A DNA stretch of 64,000 nt, taken from the IMG/VR virus record IMGVR_UViG_2703719286_000002, positions 3,723 to 67,722 of that record, one strand, 5' to 3'. Under the pieces are notes generated by a model. The model was not told where the DNA came from. It made no database searches and saw only the letters and a program-made list of their open reading frames with translations. This document shows positions 8,621-16,362 of the stretch, in pieces (the stretch's first letter is position 1; each line of letters starts with the position of its first letter). A program made the translations under genes and the position numbers. The DNA comes from a virus. Lineage: Duplodnaviria; Caudoviricetes.

Positions 8621-9442
8621 GTGGGGAGGGACTCCTATGCTCTCTGGCTCGTCACGCGGGGGTACACGGAGGCGACCCGCCGCGGCTACCTCAAGATGCA
8701 CCGCATCTGGGATGAGTGGTGCCGGGCTCACGGCACGACCCCACGCCGCGCCAAGCGGAGCCATATCGCCCGATGGCTGCTGGAGCGGCAGGGGCGGGCA
8801 CCGGCCACGATCCGCAACACCATAATCGGACTCCGCTGCTTCTACCGTTACGCCGTCGACGTGAAGGCCCGAAGGGACAACCCGACGGAGGGCTTTCGCT
8901 GGCCAAAGGTCACGCTACCGCCCATCGCTCCCTACACCGAGGACGAGTTGCACACCCTTCTCGGCGCTGCCCGAACGCCGAGGGACCATGCCATGCTGCT
9001 CGTCCTTATCGACACGGGCCTCCGGGTGTCGGAGTTAGCCCAGATAGCACCTGCCGACATAGACTGGGAGACAGGCACCTTCACGGTGCATGGGAAGGGC
9101 GGCAAGAAGCGTCGGCTGGGACCCGGCGAGAAGACAATGAAGGCGCTCAAACGCCATGCTAAGGCGCAGAACGAGCACCTGTGGGGAGAGATCACGACGA
9201 CGGAGGGCGTCAGGGCGTGGTTCTACCGGCTGGCGAAGCGGGCCGGGGTCTCTCATGCCAACCTTCACCGCTTCCGGCACACGTATGCGACCGACTTCGT
9301 CCTAGACGGTGGCGCTGAGGGCGAATTGCAAAAGATTCTCGGACATAGTAGCCTCGCCATGTCGCACCACTACGCCGAGAACGCCCGGGACGAGACGGCT
9401 CTCGACGCGCAGCGGCGGCACAGTCGGGCGGACAGGCTATAG
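8621..9442 (+). CDS. XerC/D-like tyrosine recombinase, likely the prophage integrase (ORF open from 8525; GTG 8621 follows AGGA)
   Basis: SAM-like core-binding domain; DTGLRVSE, GKGGK, HRFRH, ILGHS and HHY; no obvious arm-binding domain. Confidence 0.9.
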   Translation: MGRDSYALWLVTRGYTEATRRGYLKMHRIWDEWCRAHGTTPRRAKRSHIARWLLERQGRAPATIRNTIIGLRCFYRYAVDVKARRDNPTEGFRWPKVTLPPIAPYTEDELHTLLGAARTPRDHAMLLVLIDTGLRVSELAQIAPADIDWETGTFTVHGKGGKKRRLGPGEKTMKALKRHAKAQNEHLWGEITTTEGVRAWFYRLAKRAGVSHANLHRFRHTYATDFVLDGGAEGELQKILGHSSLAMSHHYAENARDETALDAQRRHSRADRL

Positions 9443-9454
9443 GAGGAGGGCATC

Positions 9455-9910
9455 ATGTTCTACAAGTACCTGGCGATTGCAGCATTGGTGGCTGCTATCA
9501 TCTTGGCAGGCGTCGCCGCATGGGGGTTCTCTTCGCAGTCATCCGATGACTCTCCCGCCAACATCGCGCGTCCAGAAGCGAAGGCAACCCTGGCCGCTCT
9601 CCAACAGAAGATAGAGCGTATGATAACGTCGGCTGAGGCCGACCTTGCCGAGAGCGAACGCGAGTTGGCGACGATGGAGGCGAAGTCTACAAGCTGCCGC
9701 CAAGCCCGGCGTGACCTCCTAGATGATCTGGTGGCCATGGCCAACGCTAAGGGCACCGTCCCATCGTCAGTCATCCTCTCCGATGCAGTGCTTTTCGACG
9801 GGACGCGCCTGATTAGCATCGATACTGGAGAGCTCGACGGAGAGGTATGGCTGGATCGGGCTGCCACGGGCACCTGGAAAGTAGCGACACAGACCCTCGG
9901 ATGCCGTTGA
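9455..9910 (+). CDS. Membrane-anchored/secreted coiled-coil protein (lysogenic accessory gene)
   Basis: N-terminal hydrophobic helix; GGAGGAGG RBS; lower-GC codon usage than flanks. Confidence 0.7.
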   Translation: MFYKYLAIAALVAAIILAGVAAWGFSSQSSDDSPANIARPEAKATLAALQQKIERMITSAEADLAESERELATMEAKSTSCRQARRDLLDDLVAMANAKGTVPSSVILSDAVLFDGTRLISIDTGELDGEVWLDRAATGTWKVATQTLGCR

Positions 9911-10021
9911 CGCCCTAGCTCGGCGCCCTCACTCCGGCCCAATTGCCCTAGCAATTAAACAAAACGCCCCGAAAGTATCATTCCCCCGCGCCCCTCGCCG
10001 AAGCGGTATAATAGCCCTACG

Positions 10022-10216
10022 ATGGCCGCGCCCAAGGTCGAAGCCAAGGAGCTTGCCTGGGCCAACCTGCGCCGGCTCGCCGAACGCATCGGCTACGGCG
10101 AGTTCGAGAAGGTCCAGCTTCAGGACGGCGTCCCCGTCCGCGTCGCTATCGCCTGGGGCACCGTCAAGCTGGACAGCCGGGAGGAAGTCGACCGGATTGT
10201 AGGCCCCCGCCGCTAG
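10022..10216 (+). CDS. Small protein, DUF2292/YezD-like
   Basis: IGYGEFEKVQLQDGVPVRV resembles that family; TATAAT at 10007-10012 just upstream. Confidence 0.5.
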   Translation: MAAPKVEAKELAWANLRRLAERIGYGEFEKVQLQDGVPVRVAIAWGTVKLDSREEVDRIVGPRR

Positions 10217-10241
10217 GTCGGGGCCCAGGGGGACGACCCAA

Positions 10242-10277
10242 GGGCTGCGCTCACAGAGAGCGTGGCCCTTTCCTTTT
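10242..10277 (+). terminator. Intrinsic terminator
   Basis: Stem GGGCTGCGCT/AGCGTGGCCC followed by TTTCCTTTT. Confidence 0.55.
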
Positions 10278-10506
10278 GCCCATGACGCACCGCATCGCCG
10301 ATCTGCTGACGCCGGAATCCTGGGCCGCCCTCATCCGCGCGGGCTACATCAGGAAGAGGGAGTCGCCGCCCCAAGAGGAGAAGCGGCGGGCTGCCGGAGA
10401 GGCGCCTGAGCTCACGGCAGAGCAGGCCGAGATCGCGCGCGAGATGCGGGCGCCGCCGACCGGGGACTACGCGCGCTACATCGGCGGTGGGCCGGAGCCG
10501 TCATGA
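10276..10506 (+). CDS. Hypothetical protein (start uncertain)
   Basis: ORF coupled (ATGA) to the next gene. Confidence 0.45.
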   Translation: MPMTHRIADLLTPESWAALIRAGYIRKRESPPQEEKRRAAGEAPELTAEQAEIAREMRAPPTGDYARYIGGGPEPS

Positions 10507-10793
10507 CTGGCCAGCCATCGCGCCCTTGGTGCTGTCCTGAGCCGCGCTGCTGGCTCCTGATGAACTACAACATCGCTGGCACGAGGCCAGGGGAAAGCTT
10601 CATCTGCTTCGGCCTAATGGAGCGCCCAATTGAGTTCAGCTACGACGGCACGGCTCACAGGAACGACCTGAACCACTGCGACTACACGCCGCTCAAGGGC
10701 GTGATCCGCTGGCAGGAGAACGAGGAGGACTGGCGGGCGATGCGAGTCCTCTATGGCGTCGCGCTGAGGAAGTTGAGAGCCAGCAGGAGATGA
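10503..10793 (+). CDS. Hypothetical protein
   Basis: ATGA overlaps at both ends. Confidence 0.55.
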   Translation: MTGQPSRPWCCPEPRCWLLMNYNIAGTRPGESFICFGLMERPIEFSYDGTAHRNDLNHCDYTPLKGVIRWQENEEDWRAMRVLYGVALRKLRASRR

Positions 10794-11215
10794 CTGACCG
10801 CCCCTGGCAGACCGACGAGTGGCATCACGTCGGGCGACAGATAAGGGACGCCTGGCGCGCCCTACGGCGACTCTCGCTCCAGGCGTGGCCGGTCCGTGTG
10901 GAATGGCCGCCGCGGGTCAGCGTCGACAAGGCGCAGCGCACCAGCCATCCGCAGCGGGCCGTCGAGAAGCTGGAGGAGCGCGAGGAGAAGATCGGCCTCA
11001 GGCGCCAGGACGTGAACGACGCGATAGCCGAGCTCTCCGACGTCGACCACGAGGCGTTCCTGGCCCTGGCCCAGCGCGAGGGGCTGGTCAAGGGCGAGAA
11101 GCAGATGCAGGCAGCCGAGATCGCCCAGCGCCACTCCTGCTCCGAGGCGCGCATCTACGGGCTGCTGAGCGACGGCTGGGCGTTCATTGCGTACCGAATC
11201 AGCCATGAAGGGTGA
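10790..11215 (+). CDS. RinA/ArpU-like phage transcriptional activator (sigma-region-4 HTH)
   Basis: Coiled coil, then AIAELSDVDHEAF...MQAAEIAQRHSCSEARIYGLL HTH. Confidence 0.6.
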   Translation: MTDRPWQTDEWHHVGRQIRDAWRALRRLSLQAWPVRVEWPPRVSVDKAQRTSHPQRAVEKLEEREEKIGLRRQDVNDAIAELSDVDHEAFLALAQREGLVKGEKQMQAAEIAQRHSCSEARIYGLLSDGWAFIAYRISHEG

Positions 11216-11363
11216 GACCTGCCCGCCGCACCACGTCATCATCGACCGGGAGGAGTTCGTGGAGATGCGGGACGGCCTCGCTGTCTATCGCTGGTGGGGC
11301 CGCTGCAAGAAGTGTCGCCGCCAGCGGAGCGGCAAGTCCGTGAGGCTGCCGTACAGGGAGTAG
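11205..11363 (+). CDS. 52-aa Cys/His protein missing from the ORF track
   Basis: My translation MKGETCPPHHVIID...GRCKKCRRQ...LPYRE*; it fills the gap and ends 3 nt before the recombinase ATG. Confidence 0.5.
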   Translation: MKGETCPPHHVIIDREEFVEMRDGLAVYRWWGRCKKCRRQRSGKSVRLPYRE

Positions 11364-11366
11364 GAG

Positions 11367-11927
11367 ATGGCCCGACGTCTCCCCCGCGTCCCCTCGGTCG
11401 ACGAGGCCCGCCGGCTCCTGGCCGCGGCCGCCTCCCCGCGAGACAAGGCCATCATCGCCTTCGGCCTCTACGCCGGCCTGCGTCGGGCCGAGATCGCCGG
11501 CCTGGATATCGGCCACGTCTCACTGGCCGAGGGCCGCGTCTACGTCCACAGAGGCAAGGGCGACAAGGACCGCGTGGTGCCGCTGCACCCCGAGCTGGCG
11601 GAGGTCTACCGGGAGTACCTGGACGGTGTGCTGAGGGATGACGGCCCGCTCTTCCCCGGCCGGGACGGGCCGCGCATCGGGCTACGGACGATCCAGGACA
11701 TAGTGACGAGGACGGCGGCGCGGGCGGGGACGAAAGGAATCCACACCCACAGCTTGAGGCATGGGTTTGGAACCTTCAGCTATGAGGTGAAGCAGGACCT
11801 CCGGGCCGTACAGGAAGCGATGGGGCACGCCAGCATCAGCACGACGCAACTCTACGCTCACATCTCAGGGAAGCACCTCCGGCAGACGGTGGAGGGGTTC
11901 TCGCTGACGGGCGGCGGGCAGGACTAG
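11367..11927 (+). CDS. Short catalytic-domain-only tyrosine recombinase (186 aa)
   Basis: AGLRRAE, GKGDK, HSLRH, AMGHASISTTQLY; no core-binding or arm domain. Confidence 0.9.
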   Translation: MARRLPRVPSVDEARRLLAAAASPRDKAIIAFGLYAGLRRAEIAGLDIGHVSLAEGRVYVHRGKGDKDRVVPLHPELAEVYREYLDGVLRDDGPLFPGRDGPRIGLRTIQDIVTRTAARAGTKGIHTHSLRHGFGTFSYEVKQDLRAVQEAMGHASISTTQLYAHISGKHLRQTVEGFSLTGGGQD

Positions 11928-12658
11928 CGACCCGGAGGCCTCGGCTTCAGTCTCGGCTTCACCCCCAGGCAGATGACCATCGCATTCACCGCGTCCTGGT
12001 CGCGGCCCTCAGAGAGCGCCTTGATGATCTTCATGCGCTTGCGGTGCTTCTCCAGTTCCTTCTCGGCGTCGGACATGGTCAGCGCCTCCATGTGGTAGCG
12101 GACGCGGGCCTCGAACGCCCGGTCATCAAACAGTCTTCCAGGGTCACTCTTGCCCCATTTCCTCCCGTTGGCGCTCCGGTCGTGGCGTGCGATGCCAGGC
12201 GCCTCGTGGTTGTCCCCCGAGACGTAGGGCAGCACCACCGGCGGGATGTCGTAGCGCAGACAGTCCCTTGCCACCTCGAGGGCCGCGCGCTCAAGGCAGG
12301 CTGGGGTGAAGGCCGACTGCCAGCTCGGTTGCGCCAGCTCGTAGGAGATGGCGATCGGGTCCATGTGGCCGGCGCTCCAGGTAGGATGATACTCGTCGGG
12401 GATGCTGATGCAGTGCTGGCCCTCGTGCGAGATGATGCGCGAGGACATGGAGCCCCAGACGGCGCCGCTCGGCTCCACGACCTTGTTGCTGGGGGCGACC
12501 TGCCAGTTCTTGGTGGCCGGGTACTGGAGCGCCATGCGTACCCGGCCCCGCGTCGCGTGCATCAGGATCAGTCGGACGGGCTGGGTGCGACGGGCGTACT
12601 TCCAGCGATGGGCCCGGACCTGGGGCCAGATTGTCTCATCGGGTGGCCACGTCGCCAT
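11924..12658 (-). CDS. Endolysin, N-acetylmuramoyl-L-alanine amidase (Amidase_2-like)
   Basis: LILMHAT, ISYEL, ARHD and KSDPG Zn-amidase motifs; next to holin-like genes. Confidence 0.8.
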   Translation of the reverse strand: MATWPPDETIWPQVRAHRWKYARRTQPVRLILMHATRGRVRMALQYPATKNWQVAPSNKVVEPSGAVWGSMSSRIISHEGQHCISIPDEYHPTWSAGHMDPIAISYELAQPSWQSAFTPACLERAALEVARDCLRYDIPPVVLPYVSGDNHEAPGIARHDRSANGRKWGKSDPGRLFDDRAFEARVRYHMEALTMSDAEKELEKHRKRMKIIKALSEGRDQDAVNAMVICLGVKPRLKPRPPGR

Positions 12659-12679
12659 GCAGCATCCTCTCGATCCTTT

Positions 12680-12943
12680 TCATGAGCTCATCCCATCGTC
12701 TCGGAGATAGGGCCCCTCGATTCCTGGTGCTCCATCCCCCGCCAGCGGCCGCGAGGTTCCGTCTCGGAGCTTGTACAGAAGGTAGAGGCTGTCGCCGCAG
12801 ACCTTTTGCACCGCCTCGTAGCTTCCGACCAGCCTTATCGCCCATCGGCCATCCCCATCAGCGATCTCTATGACCGGCTCCTCGCGCGTCCCCTGGGCCT
12901 CGACCTTGGTGGCAAGGTCGACCGTGAGCGCTGGCGTTGGCAT
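12680..12943 (-). CDS. Hypothetical protein in lysis module
   Basis: MPTPALTVDL... start follows GGAGGGG RBS. Confidence 0.45.
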   Translation of the reverse strand: MPTPALTVDLATKVEAQGTREEPVIEIADGDGRWAIRLVGSYEAVQKVCGDSLYLLYKLRDGTSRPLAGDGAPGIEGPYLRDDGMSS

Positions 12944-12960
12944 CGGCCCCTCCGTCCGCA

Positions 12961-13161
12961 CTACTGCCCGTTCCGCCTGTTCGTGAGGTAGGCGGGGAGC
13001 TTGATGCCCAGGGCACCGACGCCGGCCGTGATCATGGCCACGGCCAGGAGGCCGGCCATCGTGGGATCGCGCAGCGCGGGATACCCAAAAAACAGGCCGG
13101 CCGCCCCCAGCGCGATGAGCGAGAAGGCGGCCGCGGCCCGCACCCACTGGAGCGGCGTCAT
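12961..13161 (-). CDS. Holin-like protein (two TM helices)
   Basis: MTPLQWVRAAAAFSLIALGAAGLFFG...AGLLAVAMITAGVGALGIK, basic C-terminus; upstream of the endolysin. Confidence 0.65.
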   Translation of the reverse strand: MTPLQWVRAAAAFSLIALGAAGLFFGYPALRDPTMAGLLAVAMITAGVGALGIKLPAYLTNRRNGQ

Positions 13162-13253
13162 AGCTCGTACACCCCCGCCCAGGAGCCGAGGTACATCAGC
13201 CCCACGTAGCCCAGGCCGATCAGGATGCCCGCGATGTATTCCACTGTCGTCAC
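13158..13253 (-). CDS. 31-aa single-TM peptide missing from the ORF track
   Basis: GGAGG RBS overlapping a GTG start; MTTVEYIAGILIGLGYVGLMYLGSWAGVYEL*; ATGA overlap with the holin. Confidence 0.45.
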   Translation of the reverse strand: MTTVEYIAGILIGLGYVGLMYLGSWAGVYEL

Positions 13254-13256
13254 CTC

Positions 13257-13610
13257 CTACCGTGTCGCTGCCTGCCGCAGCGTCGCCCGCCCGAAGGCGA
13301 GCACCGTCTCGTAGCCTGCGTCGGAGCGGCGCAGGGTGTAGTAGTAGTCGCCGGGGTTCAGCTCGAGCGTATCGCTGTCCGCGATGGCGACCGAGCAGAT
13401 GCCCGCCGTGCCATCCGCAGTGATGCCGGTTCCGAGCGTCTTGGTCAGCACCGTCGTCCCTGCGTCCGGCCGCTCCCTCAGCACCCACTCCAGGCCCCAG
13501 CCGGTGATGGGCTGGACGTCGCCGTCGCTGTCCACGACCGTGTGCCGGAACGTGCGGTCCTCGCCGATGAACCAGTGGTCGCCCGCCCGGACAGGGCTCT
13601 CTTCGCTCAT
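13257..13610 (-). CDS. BppU-like Ig-fold baseplate/tail accessory protein
   Basis: Beta-rich; GDYYYTLRRSD...VLAFGRATL pattern; end of tail module. Confidence 0.55.
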   Translation of the reverse strand: MSEESPVRAGDHWFIGEDRTFRHTVVDSDGDVQPITGWGLEWVLRERPDAGTTVLTKTLGTGITADGTAGICSVAIADSDTLELNPGDYYYTLRRSDAGYETVLAFGRATLRQAATR

Positions 13611-15832
13611 GCCACTGACGCCTCCAACTCGATGATGGGCTTGTACGACGCGGCCAGGGCCAGCACCGGCTTGTAGCTGGCCGCGAGGGCCAGGATGGGC
13701 TCGTAGGACGCGGCCAGGTCGGTGATCCGGATGGCGAAGACGACGGCCGAGGCGGTCAGCGTTCCCGTGCCCGACAGGACGGCGGCCCCCTCCCTGGCCT
13801 CGCCGGGGACGACGACCCGGCCATCGGCCGTCAGCGTGCCCTCGCCGCTCAGCGAGGCGGCGCCGGCGTAGAGGACGACCGACTTGACCGTGAGGACGCC
13901 CTCGCCCGAGAGGCTGGCGACGGCCGCATAGCTGACGGTGGCCTTCGACGTGAGCCCGCCCTGGCCTGAGAGCGACGCTTCACCGTGTAGCCCCTTGACT
14001 GCGCCAGCCGACAGGGTGCCTTCGCCCGCCAGGGACGCCCCGGCGGTGCGTTCGCGGAGCCCGGAGGCGGCAAGGCTGCCCTGGCCGGACAGGCTGGCGG
14101 CCCCCGCTGCCTCGACCATCCCTGCGGCGGTGAGCGTCCCCTGGCCGGAGAGCGACGCTTCACCCTCGACCTTGCCGACGATCTCGCCGGCGGCGGTGAG
14201 GGTGCCTTCCCCTGAGAGAGCCGCAGCCCCCGCCGCTTGGAGAGCTCCCGCCGCGCTGACGGTGCCCTGGCCCGAGAGGGACGCCGCCGCCTCGTGCGCC
14301 ACCCCCGTCCGCCCGTCGGCGCTGAGCGAGCCTACACCGGAGAGGGCGGCGGCTGCGACCAGCGCGACGGTCGCGATGCAGGAGAGGGCGCCGGCCCCGG
14401 AGAGGGCGGCGCTGCCCTCGTGGGCCACGCCCCCCGCTGCCGTGTACTCGATGTGGAGCTTGGCGGGTGAACTGTTTGCCTCGTAGGAATCCCAGTCCTG
14501 ATAGTGATAGCCGGAGCTGACCCCGTTGTTCTTGTGGACGATCTGGATCGCTGACGGGTCGTGCTCATCGACCAGCTCTTGGAGTACGCTGTTCAGCGAT
14601 GGGCTCGTTCCCCAGGCGTTGTTGACCGAGTTAGCGTCCCAGTCAGCGCCGGCAGTGGTGAGCGGGAGAGCGTCAAACTCAGTGGCATCAGTCGGCGCGA
14701 GCGGGGCCGCACGGTCATCGGCGTAGAGCTTGGTTTGTGGACTGCCCTGCCCGTTGCCGTAGCCGTACTTCTCCACATAGCTAACGTCTATCGTCGCACC
14801 GGATAGGCCGCTTATGCCCGTGAAACGGTCGGAGGCGTGCATATTCAGATAGGCGGCGGCGTCTCCCCACCCAACCATGTGGCGGCTGGCACTGCTATCG
14901 AAGCCGCCAGTCCCGGTTTGGCGTCGCGTATCGTCTGCCCCTGTCCCCACCTGTGCGGGTTGGGGGTCAATGTCCACGTCCACCACGAGCGGGTAGGCCG
15001 CGCCCTGCACGAAGCCCAGCGGTACACGATGCGAGACGTAGAGAGCGTTGCCCACCTTCTTGAACCGGAAGGTGCCTAGCTGCTCCTCGCCCTCGGCGTC
15101 CCAGGAGCGGGGCAGGTTGAACCACCAGAGGACGTTGCCATCGCCGTCCCGGAACTCCACGAGGCCCTGAGTCTCGCGCTGCTCGCGGTCCGCGCCCCGG
15201 CCCCACGGCTGGCCGTTGACGTAGGGGGTGATGCCGCTGCTGAAGGCGAAGATGAAGTTCAGCTCCAGGACCGGCTCGCCGCCGTCAAGGATGTACTGCT
15301 CCACGGGCGGCAGATCGGAGGGGCTGTCGATGGTGAGGCGCTTGGCGAGGCGGGCCGTCTGGGCCTGCCAGGAGATGGAGACGCCGGGGCCGTAGCCGTC
15401 CGGCCAGGTGAGGGTGTCGTCCTCCACCTCGGCGTCAACGGCCCCCGGCATGGCGATGGGCTGTATCTGGTCAAGGGCGTTGCTGTACTGGAGGGCGTGC
15501 GGCTGGAAGCGCACCCACTCGCCCGACTGCCCATCGCGGTACTCGATGACCTGCCCGGCGTCGAGGCGGGACAGCGCCCGCACCTCGAACCCGGCATGGG
15601 TCATCTCCCACTGCCAGGGCGCGGTGGACGGGGCGAAGGCGGTGTCTATCTCCAGGTCCGCGTCCGGACCGCAGTGGAGCGGGCCGATGGCGCAGTCGAG
15701 GGCAAAGCGTTGCCTACCGTCGGGCGCGTCGAACAGGCGATGCTTGATAGAGTTGCGGCCGCGCTCGACGACGACCGCCTCCGGGTGAGCGGCCAGGACG
15801 CGGGCGCGGGCTTCCGCCGCAGGGTTGGCCAT
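13607..15832 (-). CDS. Tail fibre/receptor-binding protein with A(S)LSGxGxL repeats
   Basis: Many GxAxLSG(E/Q)GxLxA repeats in the C-terminal third; central CBM-like domain. Confidence 0.7.
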   Translation of the reverse strand: MANPAAEARARVLAAHPEAVVVERGRNSIKHRLFDAPDGRQRFALDCAIGPLHCGPDADLEIDTAFAPSTAPWQWEMTHAGFEVRALSRLDAGQVIEYRDGQSGEWVRFQPHALQYSNALDQIQPIAMPGAVDAEVEDDTLTWPDGYGPGVSISWQAQTARLAKRLTIDSPSDLPPVEQYILDGGEPVLELNFIFAFSSGITPYVNGQPWGRGADREQRETQGLVEFRDGDGNVLWWFNLPRSWDAEGEEQLGTFRFKKVGNALYVSHRVPLGFVQGAAYPLVVDVDIDPQPAQVGTGADDTRRQTGTGGFDSSASRHMVGWGDAAAYLNMHASDRFTGISGLSGATIDVSYVEKYGYGNGQGSPQTKLYADDRAAPLAPTDATEFDALPLTTAGADWDANSVNNAWGTSPSLNSVLQELVDEHDPSAIQIVHKNNGVSSGYHYQDWDSYEANSSPAKLHIEYTAAGGVAHEGSAALSGAGALSCIATVALVAAAALSGVGSLSADGRTGVAHEAAASLSGQGTVSAAGALQAAGAAALSGEGTLTAAGEIVGKVEGEASLSGQGTLTAAGMVEAAGAASLSGQGSLAASGLRERTAGASLAGEGTLSAGAVKGLHGEASLSGQGGLTSKATVSYAAVASLSGEGVLTVKSVVLYAGAASLSGEGTLTADGRVVVPGEAREGAAVLSGTGTLTASAVVFAIRITDLAASYEPILALAASYKPVLALAASYKPIIELEASVA

Positions 15833-15845
15833 CGGGGCCTCCTAG

Positions 15846-16235
15846 CTACGCCAGGCTCACCTGTAGGCTGCCGGCCGGGAAAGTGAAACTGTCGCCGTTC
15901 GCGACGATCTTCTGCGCGTCCAGCGGGCCGTGCCACAGGAGATTGCCGGCGCTCGCCGCGTCGCGGATGCCGACGTGGGTTATGGTGCCCCAGTCGGCGC
16001 TCGCCGTGCCCCAGTTCAGCAGATCGTCGTTGTCCGCCACCCCGCCGGACGCCGCGCCGAACGTGATCTCCGGCCGCAGGTAGCCGCCGGCCGAGCCCTC
16101 GCTGCCGCTGTCCGCGTCCGTCGGATCGTCCGTGTAGAGCGCGCCCCAGACCGTGCCCGGCATGGTGAAGGCGCTCACTCCCAGGACGTGATCCAGCAGT
16201 TTGTTCTCCGCGTAGTTGCTGATGTTGTCGGCCAT
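15846..16235 (-). CDS. Minor tail (fibre-associated) protein
   Basis: SNYAENKLLDH...WGTITHVGIRDAASAGNLLWHGPL...GDSFTF, a common siphovirus tail protein pattern. Confidence 0.75.
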   Translation of the reverse strand: MADNISNYAENKLLDHVLGVSAFTMPGTVWGALYTDDPTDADSGSEGSAGGYLRPEITFGAASGGVADNDDLLNWGTASADWGTITHVGIRDAASAGNLLWHGPLDAQKIVANGDSFTFPAGSLQVSLA

Positions 16236-16362
16236 GTCGTACCCCCTTCAGGTCGTGCGCGGCGCCCTAAGCAGCCGCTCTATCAACCGTTTCTGCTTCT
16301 GAATGGTGGCCCTAAGTCCGGCCTCTTTCATCTGTTGTATCAGCGGCCGGCGGCGGCGTGGC

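Noticed and set aside
13780-14430. Repetitive DNA in the tail fibre gene as a diversity-generating or invertible cassette
   Set aside because: Repeats follow the peptide motif in frame; no reverse transcriptase, template/variable repeat pair or flanking inverted repeats seen
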